DNA of 64,000 nucleotides from Salpingoeca rosetta. Its lineage: Eukaryota > Protista > Choanoflagellata. Each line of letters begins with the position of its first letter. The first letter of the stretch is position 1. Shown here in pieces: positions 44,064-64,000 of this stretch. The position numbers and the translations under genes were made by a program. The stretch covers positions 1,672,138 to 1,736,137 of the forward strand of contig JAWQFM010000001.1 in the NCBI GenBank assembly GCA_033442325.1. The letters run 5' to 3'. Under the pieces are notes generated by a model that was not told where the DNA came from, did no database searches, and saw only the letters and a list, made by a program, of their open reading frames with translations.

Positions 44064-44853
44064 CGGGTTGCTATGCTGAGCAGGGCATGGATACGTATGC
44101 GATTGCGAATGTGTTTGACAAGCTGATGAAGAAGCTTGGTTACGAGCACTACGTCGTGCAAGGCGGAGGTAAGGGAATGGATGCCGGCATTGCGGAGCGG
44201 CTTGATGTTGGAAGGATGCGAGAATGAGCGTGGAGTTGGAGCTGTGGCGAGGGGCACGGAGACGTAAGCAGTTGATGGCAGCCCAGAAGGCGAGCAACCC
44301 ATGACTGCCTGTCTGCCGCATACCTTTGCACACAGTCGCACCTAGTCACGCACACGTGCTCTTGTTTGCACTCTCCATTCACACACACACACACACGCAC
44401 GCACGCACATACACACACACACACACGCACGCACGCACACACGCACACACACACACACACACACAAATACCCTCCACTGTTGTTGTTTGCGTGCACTGGC
44501 AGACTGGGGCGGGATCATTGCGCGGGCGCTGGGGCGGCACCACGCGAAGAGCTGCGTTGGTCTGCACGTGAACTTCCTGGCGTGCGTACCGCCCCCTGTG
44601 CGCGGGCCGGTGTCGCTGTGGCACAACGTGCGGCACTGGGCCCCGCTTGTGCTGGCGCCGCTGGTGATGAGCAAAGAGGACAGCGCCATGGTGGCAACCA
44701 CGCGCACATTCTTTCGCGAGGGCACCGGCTACCAGTTCATCCAAGGTGTGAATTTATGTATGCATGTATGTGTGTGTGCGTGTGTGTGCCTCTGGGGCTC
44801 CCGTCAACGCCGCTGCTTCCTTGTTCTTACCCTCATACCCACGTGTGCAATTG

Positions 44854-44906
<53 letters not shown>

Positions 44907-45807
44907 ATTTGATAGCGACGCGACCAGACACGCTTGCGCAGGGGCTAAACGATTCGCCAGTGGGCCTGCTGTCATGGCTGCTCGAGAAGTTTTACGCGTA
45001 AGTGTCGCTGTTGTGCGATGGTCCGAGTGCTTGTTGTAGTCGCCAGTGTGCAGCCGAGCAACGAGTGCAGAGCTTTTCAAGGGCCATATCGTTGGTTGGT
45101 TGGTTCGTGTGTTTGGTTGTTTGTTGCTAACCTTGCTTGCGTGCATGACTGCATTTGTGTGCTTCCGTACGTATTTGCCTGCGTTGAGCGGACTCCCTGT
45201 CACACACACACACACACACACAAACGCACACCCGTATGCACACACACATATACACATACACACACACACACACGCGCGTATGCACAGGTGGAGCGACAGC
45301 TCTGCGGCGGAGCCGTTCCGGTCTGTGTCGCTGGATGAGGTGCTGACGCATGTCATGATCTACTGGACAACGCAGAGCATTGGCTCGTCCATGCACCTGT
45401 ACTATGAGAGCCTGGCTGTGATGCGGAGCAAGCCGCTTGCCCTCTCTGGCGGCTACATTGACGTGCCCACAGCTGCAGCCTGCTTCCCAAAGGTGTGCTG
45501 TGTTTTTGTGCGTGTGTGCATGTGCGTGCGTGTGTGTACGCGCTTGCATGTGCGTGTGCGCGTTTGTGCACAACAGGCTGTGCTGTTGGTTTGGGGCGCG
45601 CGGTGTTTGGAGTACAGCATGTTTTGTGATCAGCCTACGCCTCACTGCTTGCTGATGTGGGATGGGTGTGCGTGCGTGGGTTGGTGGTTTTTGTAGGAGA
45701 TTATCCAGACGCCTGAGTCTGTGGCCAGACGCACGTATAACTTGCAGCAGTACACGAAGTTTGAAGCAGGCGGCCACTTTGCCGCCCTCGAACAGCCAGA
45801 GGTACAT

Positions 45808-45864
<57 letters not shown>

Positions 45865-46497
45865 GTTGGGGTTGGGGAGGGGGAGTTGGTTTTGGAAAGG
45901 GTAATGAAAGAGTGAGAAAGAGACATGATGAGGGAAGAGGAAGCAAGGTAGCCCCTGTCGTGCTGCTGAAGCTGGTGGTGGTCTTGTTGGTGGTTGTGGT
46001 GATGGTGGTGGTTGTTGTCTTGTCTTGTCGTGGGTGGTGGTCTTGTTGTGTTGATGATGTTCGTGGGTGGTGGTCATGCCACTGCGATTGACCTGCCACC
46101 ACCTCCGTGCGTATGTTTGGTACTCTCACACACACACACCCATTCGCACCCGTTGTACACATGTCACACACACACACAACACACAACACACAACACAACA
46201 CACATCACACAACACGCAACACACACACATACTCACACATACACACACACGCACACACAATACACATACACACGCACACACACATCACCCGTATCACGCA
46301 TGTCGCGTGCGCAGGTGCTTGCGAGCGATGTGCGGCGCTTCTTCGGTGGAAGGTCCACGTTCTCCAAGCTGCAGCAGCGCGCGTCTGCACTCGGCAACGC
46401 GTCGCCACGCACCCTGGCCCCGCCCGACTGGGTGGACATGATGTGTTTGGTGCTCGTGGTTGCGCTCGTGCTGTGGTTTGTGTTGTCCTGGGTGTGA
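42697..46497 (+). CDS. Microsomal-type epoxide hydrolase (EPHX1/JHEH family) with C-terminal hydrophobic helix
   Basis: YWKESYDW, IHFIH, LLLIHGWPGS, VIAPSLPGYGWS, VQGG|DWG (nucleophile Asp), LNDSPVGLLSWLLEKF, MHLYYE, FPK|EI, GGHFAALEQP. Ends ...WVDMMCLVLVVALVLWFVLSWV*. Confidence 0.93.
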
Positions 46498-46898
46498 AGC
46501 TGCAGGCGGCAGCACAGAGCAGATGTGCATGGGTCGTCGCTGCGCTGTGTGCTGTGATGCGACATGTGACAGCACGATGTTGTGCTGACTGTGTCGAATA
46601 GCCGCTGTTGGACTGTTGTCTCGCTGTACGCGATGTGTCTCTCTCCCTTCATATGTTCTTTCCCCTATCTGTTGCAGTTGCAGCTGATGTTGCATGTTAC
46701 CTGCCATCTGCTGATGGCGTGTTCCGGCGTGGCCAAGTGTCAGTCACATGGTGTCGTTCGTGCCTCACCTGCCCGCATGACGTGCTCGGTTGCGCGTTAT
46801 TACACTCAACAACCGGCCACAGCCAAGACAGCCCATCACAGTCGTGTCATCATTCCGTGCATGTGCATGTCTGTGAATCTGCGTGTCTGTCTCTCTCA

Positions 46899-46996
<98 letters not shown>

Positions 46997-47185
46997 GATT
47001 GAGACATCGTTTAATGCACACGGGACAGGTAGAGATTAAGATGGGCGTGCAAAAGCACCACCCCACAGCAACACCAGCACCAACAATAAGTTGAGACAGC
47101 CTCAGGGCAGTCGAGACAAGATACCAACAGCAAGCGAAACAGGAAATAGAAGCAGCAGCGGTGGCAGGAGCAGCCGTCTGAAAGC

Positions 47186-48323
47186 CTACGATGAGCGCTG
47201 CATGTCTTCCTGGTTGGAGAGATGGTGCAACTGCACCACAATGGAGGCGCCTAACGAAAACATTCATGTGTGTGTGTGTGTTCATGTGGTGGTGGTGATG
47301 GTTTGCAGCGATGAGCAGGTGTGTCGTTCACAGTGTGCGTCACTTACAGTGTGCAGCATTCAAAGGGCATGCTATTCAAAGTAACAACACGACAAGGACA
47401 TGGTCAGCAGCAGCAGCAGCAGTAGCAGAAGAAGCGTTCACGTACCAAAGCCAAGGCCTTGGAGGAAGAGAACAAAGGCGCGAAGAACGCTGCCTGGTCG
47501 TTCCTCCGTCACCAAATTTCCGCAGTCGTAAATCTGCGCATAATCCAAGCGGGAAGCAGGGTAGGGCGGTACGCGTGGAATCAGATACAAGGCGACGAGA
47601 GACACACAGCCAAAAACAAAGGGGGGGGGGTTAAGCAGCGACAGAGATAAGCACGGGACAGAACAAAAAAAAACCCAAACCATAGAGGCTGAACAACAAA
47701 CCATAGAGGCTGAACAACACACAAGGGGACACAGAAGAAGGAGAAAGCGACTGGAGGAAAGAGACAAAGGGTCTCATACAACATTGGCTATGTACAGGGT
47801 TGTGCGTACACAGACGCCTTTCGTCTACCTTCAGGTAAGACGACTTTGCGCCCGGGAGGAGGCCGTTGAGCTGCTCAATCTCGTTGAGGTGCAGCGAGTG
47901 GTGGCCGCCAACCAGCAGGATGTCGCAATGCGGCGGCGCCGCCTCCACAGCGGCATACAGGTCGTCGCGGCTGCCAACCATCAGCGGTGTTTGTTTGTGT
48001 GTTGAATGGTTTGGTTTGTGTGTTGAATAGCGTGTACAAGTTGGTGAGTGGCTGTTGCTGCGCAAGAAACATCGACTCCACGCGTACAGCCAGTTACTCG
48101 AACTCACCATCGCACACCACATCACACTTCCACAACACAGCCTTCCGTCGCCACGCATTGCCTGCGCATCGCACCTGAGGCAGGTGTTGAGGAACAGGGA
48201 CAGGTTGCGCGGGTTCACGTTGGCTGTGAGGTGCTTTCGCATCGCCTCCACCATGTCAATGTTGTTGGTCACAGTTTTCTGTCCAGTGAGAGAGAGAGAG
48301 AGTGTGTGTGTGTGTATGTGTGG

Positions 48324-48378
<55 letters not shown>

Positions 48379-49465
48379 TCAGTGAGCATGTGAATATGTG
48401 AGTGAATGAGTGAGTGCGTGCATGTGTAAGTGCGCGTGAGTGAGCATGTGCGAATATGTGAGTCAGTGAGCATACGTGCGACCAAGCACACTGAACGGCA
48501 AGTGCAACTGAACCGACACCATGCACTCACGTCGCTGAAGTAGTGGTCGAGCAGTTTGTCTTGCAAGGACGGCGGCACCGTTTGCGCATACGGCAGCCGC
48601 ATCAAGTCCATCTTCACACACACACACACACACACACACAGAAGTGACAATTGCGTGGAGTCGGGTGAGTGGTGGCTGATGAGGACACACGGTAGGCTGC
48701 GAAGCAAGATGCACACACACACACAGACACACACGTAGCACAAATCCGAAAGTATGCAGGCACGCAACGACAGGCACCAAGGGGGAAAACTTGCCTTGTA
48801 CATGAGGTACTCCCACCACCCAACGCTCCTGAAGTTGGTGCCAACCAGCATCAGTCCAGTCAGCCCTCTTCGCCGCTCCTTGTTCAACTGCACGGTGCGT
48901 GTGTGTGTATGTGTGTGTGCGTGTGTGTGTGTGTGCGTGTGTGTTCAGTTGGAAGAGAATTGGCCGCCAGTGTCGTGCACAGCACAGCACGACCGCGCGT
49001 GTTCACAGGCAACGAGTGAAGAAGAAGCAGACAGGTGCAGCGACGCACTGAGCAGCGGAGCAGGACGTTGCCGCCAGCACCGGCGCCGACGCCAATCCAC
49101 ATCTTCACCCTGCACCAGCATGCACACAAAAACCAATGCGCACACACACACACACACGCACGCACACACACACACACGCACGCACACACACACGCACGCA
49201 CGTAGGTGAGCACGAGCGACGTGACAAGGCAGCACCCAATGCACAGTTCATGCACACACACACATGCAGCTTGTGTGCGCGCGTATGCCTCCACCACAAA
49301 CCCGAGTGATTCAAGAAGATCAAAGACTTGGTTTGCGAGCCCGTCAAGCGTCGGAAATTGGAAGCCCTCGGGCAATGGCGCGGCGTTGGGCTCCTGGTGC
49401 AGGCATGGGTGGCACATGCGAGCATGCGTGCATGGTGTATGAATGTGTGCGTGCAAGGTGTGCAC

Positions 49466-49537
<72 letters not shown>

Positions 49538-50565
49538 GCACGGTGTGCAAATGTGTGAGTGAGTGTGTGTTGCACGGTGAGTGTTTCGGACGAGAGCAAG
49601 AGTATGTGTGAAAGCAAAGAGGGCTGAAGAACGGCGACAAGAAGGGGAAGCACGCAAAGCTAGCCAGGGCAGCTGCAACGATACGCAGCAACGTTACGGA
49701 TGGTGCTCTGGCTTCCTCTTTGTTCTCATCTCACCTGGCCAGGAGCGTGCACGTGAATGATGCAGAAGGAATCAAGAAGCTTCTCTGCCGCAGGGAACGT
49801 GAAGAACGACTGAAAGCACGCCCGGTCTGCGCAACCCAAAGCAGGCGGTATGAGGAAGATTGGTGTTAGAAGTCGCCCTGGCGACAACAAGGGGGGAACA
49901 GAGGGCGAGGAAAGGAACGCAAACAGTACAGAGAGAGGGACAGAGAGAGAGAGAGGCAGAGAGAGAGAGAGGCAGAGAGAGAGAGAGACGGAGAAGAAAC
50001 AGACAGCGAGGGAGACAGAGACAGGGAAAGGGTTGGAAGGAGGCAGACTCCCCCCCCCACGCACAGCGACCGCAAGACGAAGCAACGCACAGTCGAGTCC
50101 GACGTCGTGGTAGGTCACAATTGCTGGCTTCACGACAGGCTTTCCATCTGCCTGCTTTGATGCCGTGGTCAGGGACCCTTGCACAATGTAGGTGATTGTG
50201 CCTTGGCGTGTGACAAACGTTGCTGGCGCCTTTGGTCGTGCATTCGCATGTGCGTGTGTGTAAGAAACAACATCTGTGAGTGCACAAAGAGTATCCACGA
50301 TACGTGCACACGCTAGTGATCACGCCACACATGAATCCATCATAACAGCAACCATCCTCGAGCACGCAATCATTCACAACACACACACACACTCACTCAC
50401 TCACACACAGACACAGACACAGACACAGACACAGACAGCCAGGCACACAGAACCATGGCTGTTGTCATGCACCACCTGCTCTTGTGGAAGGGCACCAATG
50501 TCTGCGAGCGCGGGCGCCTCCTCCACGACGCTCGACAGCGCGAACTCGGTCTTCTCCTCGGCCAT
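47186..50565 (-). CDS. NDRG: NDRG/Ndr family protein (catalytically inactive alpha/beta hydrolase fold)
   Basis: PAIVTYHDVGLD, CFQSFF, FCIIHVHAPGQ, FQFPTLDGLA, WIGVGAGAGGNVLLR, GWWEY, LLDHYFS, NPRNLSLFL, DCGNLVTEERP, LFLQGLGF. Terminal exon ~47186-47250. Confidence 0.9.
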
Positions 50566-50700
50566 GGCACACGTGTGGTGATGGGACAGGTACGGTGGTG
50601 GTGGAGGGTTGTCAGCGTTTGCAAAATGACAGCATAAATTGCATTCAACAACCACGTGCAAACGCCACAAGCGACGACACCACACCACACACAGCTGGAT
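50566..50700. promoter_or_regulatory. Compact (135 bp ATG-to-ATG) bidirectional promoter NDRG/RRS1 with two CACGTG E-boxes
   Basis: Divergent ATGs at 50565(-) and 50701(+); CACGTG at 50570-50575 and 50653-50658. Confidence 0.5.
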
Positions 50701-52072
50701 ATGGACGTGGATCAGCTGCTGCGGGAGTCGCAGCAAAAAGCAGAGGCCCTCAAGAAGCGTGTGCAGGTGCAGCGCACAGAGGAGTACTATGTTGACGAAG
50801 GAAACATGTTTGGTGCCGATCCAAGGCCAGTCGACCTGCACAAATTCAAGTACGTGCAACAACGTCTGCGATGAGCGATTGTTCCATGCCATGTGCATCA
50901 TGCGCACTGCTACTGCTGCTGTTCGCAGCCGACGACCCCACACGCAATTGCAAAGGATCGACACACAAACTGCACATGCATGGTCATCACACAAATTGTA
51001 CACACATACACAGGGTCATCGCACAAACCGTCATCGCACAAACTGTCAACGCACTCGCACACACAGGCACAACCACACTCACACTCACACTCACACTCAC
51101 TCGCACTCACGCAACACAACACGCAACACCCAACACGCAACAACTCGTGCACTAATTCTGTCGCTCTCCCATGCTCCCACCATCATTGCACTCGCACACC
51201 TTCAGCTCCGAGGCTGGTCGTGAGGAGATGAAGGAGACGGCGCGCGAGAACGTGCAGCTGCTCTTCAACGCCATCTGGAAATTGCCCATGGAGAACGACG
51301 ACGAAGGCCGCTTCGCCGTCCTGCCACCACCAAAGATGAGGCTGCCGCGCCAGAAGCCTGCGCCAGAGCAGCGCGAGAAGACACGCTGGGAGAGATTTGC
51401 AGAATTGAAGGGCATCAAGAAGACAAAGCGCAGCCGCATGCTCTACGACGAAATGTCTGGGGTAAGCGCGTATGTTGTGTTGCGCTGTGTGTTTGTGATA
51501 TATGCGTGTGTTTGTGACATGTGTTGTGTGTGCATGTGCGTGTGCGTGTGTTGGCAACAGGGGCTCGCATTTCCATACTCGCACCTGTGTGGGTGTGCGT
51601 GTGTTTTCTCGCGTATGTGTGTCCACCTCCTGTGTGTTCTCCATGCACGTGCACCTTCGCGTGGTTTGTTTCCATGGCAGCAATTGCATGCTGTGACGCA
51701 TCTGATTGCGTTTGCTGGCGTGATTGTGACCACAGGAGTGGCGCCCTCGCTGGGGATACAAGCGCGCCAACGACGCAGCAGCTGTGCCCTGGATCGAGGT
51801 CAAGGAAGGCTCTGGTGAGTCCCAGTCCGTGCGTGTGTATGTGTGTGTGTGTTTCCGTGTTCGTGTGTGTGTGTGTGTGTGAGTGTATGTGTGTGTGTGC
51901 TCGGATGTCTCCGCATTCATGCTGACCACTTGCTGCTAAGCTGCTTGCGTTCCAGTGGTTGATCTGTCCTTGTATTTCCTATGTCAGCTGGCTAATGACA
52001 CGTGTTTCGATCCACCATAGGTGCCCATCTGCTCACCACCCTCCTTAACCTTTGCTTTGCATTTTCCATACA

Positions 52073-52113
<41 letters not shown>

Positions 52114-52331
52114 TCAAGACCCCCCCCCCCGTGTACGTGCCTGTGCTGCGTTTTAGACCCGTATGAGGACCAGTATGAGAAGCTGAAGAAAGACAAGAAG
52201 GCGCGGGTGGAGAAGAATGAGCAGCAGCGCCTCAAGAACATTGCTGCTGCGCGACTCAAGGCAAAGGGCATCCCCGCAAACAGACACCTCATCCAGAAGG
52301 AGGCAAGCGCACCCCAGTGTATGCCTGTGTG

Positions 52332-52373
<42 letters not shown>

Positions 52374-52904
52374 GGGTAGTGATGTTGCGTTGTGGGATGC
52401 TTGCACGGAGTGCGTATTCTCGGTGGCTGGGGCAACCAATCACCATTGATGTGTCACAACCGCGCCACCGCTGTTGCCACCGCTGTTGCCATCATCGCCT
52501 CACCCCCGCGTCTGTACCGCCACGGCCTCCAATATGGACGGCATTCCCCGCCAGCTGAAGAAAGCGATTGCCATTGGCCGCAGCTCGACCGCATCGGCCG
52601 GCGTCTTCGACAAGGACCTCGTACGCCACGCCCTGCCCTGCTGCGCTGTGTTGTGTTGTGTTGTGTTGTGTTGTGTTGTGCTGTGCTGTGCTGTGCTGTG
52701 TTGCGCTGCATTGTCGGGTAAATGTGTTTGGTGCACTGCGTCGTGTGGCGGATTTGTTGTGGTCTGTTGCATCGCATCACGGCTTGTGTTGGAGCAATGC
52801 TCCTTTTGCGAGTGCATCCCTCACATGCTCAACCCTTTTTCACCATTGGCGCTCATCTACACAGCCCGGAGAGGCCAAGATCAAGAAGCAGGGCAAGCGC
52901 ACCA

Positions 52905-52996
<92 letters not shown>

Positions 52997-53148
52997 CTGC
53001 CCATCACCACCACCCCTCTGTATCTCCTTCCTCCCGCTCACATGAACCAATGTTGTGTGTGTATATGCGTATGTATGCTATGATGTGTGTTGGCCACGCG
53101 TGCAGCGCGCGCCGGCGACCGGGCAGGAGAAGGCAGGCGGACAGAGCA
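50701..53148 (+). CDS. RRS1: Ribosome biogenesis regulator RRS1; 3' terminal exon not identifiable
   Basis: VDEGNM, ARENVQLLFNAIWKLP, LPPPKMRLPRQKP, TRWERFAELKGIKK, EWRPRWGYKRAND, KKARVEKNEQQRLKN, STASAGVFDK. Confidence 0.93.
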
Positions 53149-53233
53149 GTGAGGCGTGTGTGCATGCAATACATATGCTATGCTCAGAGGTGCTGCAAAT
53201 GATGCGAACAAGTGCGGCTGCTGTCGTGCTCAC

Positions 53234-62695
<9,462 letters not shown>

Positions 62696-63486
62696 GGCCA
62701 AGAAAGGGCTGCGTAGTTTTGTGCGTGTGTGTGCTGTGTTGTGTTTGAGGGGTGGGGTGGGGACGTTCAATGACTCGTCTATCCTCCTCGATGCTGCCTG
62801 ACGCTGGGTTGGTGGTTGCTTGCCACTCCCTCACTGTTGGTATCAGCAGACGCTTGTCGTGTGTGTGTGTGTGTGTGTGTGCTGGTGGATGGCCACACTC
62901 TCCCAGCAGTGCTGGTGGTGGTGGCTGCTGATGAATAAACACAGGCTCGCGCGCATCAACATGCACACGCACACACGCACCAGTGACACGCAGTGGCAAG
63001 CAAGCAAGCAAGCAAGTGACGGGGGTTGTGTGTGGCTGGCTATCGCTGTGCGCTGTTGCCGGTGGTGCGCTTTGCTCGCTCGCTTGGTGCGCGGTTGTGT
63101 GTCACACACAGACCTGGTGCAAACGGTCGGTTTTTCAGAAGAAGAGGAATTTAATTTATTGTCTGGCCAGTAAGGATTCCATGTACCGTTAACTGGACAG
63201 TGCCAAGTCCTTGAAATGGTTCGTGAATTTTCGTTCGCCCGCAATCCAGTCGCACAAGCCCAGCGTGTCTGTCACACACTCGCCACCAACCCATCCACGT
63301 GGTCCAAGCTGAGGTCGACCCCTCTGTGCTCCTTCTCCCTCTCTCCCTCTCCCCACCGCCTCCTCTTCACGTTCCTCGCGAGCAAATAAGCAAGTGCGGC
63401 GTGCCTTTGGACACAAGTGTGCGTGTGAGAACTTGTCTACTTCTGTCTATTCCACTTTTGCCTATTTTTCTCTGGCAAGCGGTAGG

Positions 63487-64000
63487 ATGTTGACGGTCGC
63501 GGATATGCTGCTTCTGGCCGAGGGCGAGGAAGCCCTGTACGCTCAAGAGCCGTACGAGAGTGACGACGACTCGGATGACGAAAGCAGCAGCAGCAGCGAT
63601 GACAGTGACAGCGATGACAGTGACAGCGATGATGATGGTGATGATGATGACAGCTCTGACGATGATGAGGAGGATGACAAGAAGAAGGATGACAAGAAGG
63701 ATGACAGCTCCGACAGCGACAGTGACAGTGACAGCGACAGTGACAGCAGCGATGATGAGGAGGATGACAAGAAGAAGGATGACAAGAAGGATGACAGCTC
63801 CGACAGTGACAGCGACAGCAGCGATGATGAGGAGGATGACAAGAAGAAGGACGACAAGAAGGATGACAGCTCCGACAGTGACAGCGACAGCAGCGATGAT
63901 GAGGAGGATGACAAGAAGAAGGACGACAAGAAGGATGACAGCTCCGACAGTGACAGCGACAGCAGCGATGATGAGGAGGATGACAAGAAGAAGGATGACA
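63487..64000 (+). CDS. Asp/Ser/Lys-rich repeat protein, truncated by window end
   Basis: Open frame MLTVADMLLLAEGEEALYAQEPYESDDD... followed by 72-90 nt units encoding DDEEDDKKKDDKKDDSSDSDSDSS; unit lengths are multiples of 3. Confidence 0.6.
   Translation, partial: MLTVADMLLLAEGEEALYAQEPYESDDDSDDESSSSSDDSDSDDSDSDDDGDDDDSSDDDEEDDKKKDDKKDDSSDSDSDSDSDSDSSDDEEDDKKKDDKKDDSSDSDSDSSDDEEDDKKKDDKKDDSSDSDSDSSDDEEDDKKKDDKKDDSSDSDSDSSDDEEDDKKKDD

Noticed and set aside
51915-51970. Possible H/ACA snoRNA hairpin in an RRS1 intron
   Set aside because: A short stem exists, but no H box or correctly placed ACA follows.
63120-63300. Possible transposon terminus (AT-richer segment)
   Set aside because: No inverted repeat partner, target-site duplication or transposase is visible in the window; it could simply be promoter.

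Overview
This is eukaryotic, intron-rich genomic DNA packed with (CA)n/(GT)n and other microsatellites. Gene content and intron style point to a choanoflagellate, most likely Salpingoeca rosetta (inference). The ORF track is mostly microsatellite noise, so I assembled gene models by eye from GT-AG exons, and exon coordinates are approximate. About 16 genes are present, in order: Homer(+), an EF-hand/long coiled-coil protein(-), a CAP-Gly/EF-hand/WW protein(-), a furin/PC5B-like convertase(+), CTU2(-), TIM23(+), RPS12(-), TTC14(+), centrin(-), NSL1/Mis14-like(+), type II NADH dehydrogenase(-), epoxide hydrolase(+), NDRG(-), RRS1(+), CHD1(-) and a truncated Asp/Ser/Lys-repeat ORF(+). Highlights: (1) two identical box C/D snoRNA copies in the RPS12 intron, predicted to guide the 18S G436-equivalent methylation, which matches the human SNORD100-in-RPS12 arrangement; (2) an unannotated-looking protein with dynein-adaptor architecture plus a FEZ1/UNC-76-like coiled coil; (3) seven consecutive head-to-head gene pairs; (4) a structured island plus an 18-bp E-box array inside a CHD1 intron; (5) colliding RRS1 and CHD1 3' ends with no evident terminal exons. 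All family assignments come from recalled motifs, not database searches.
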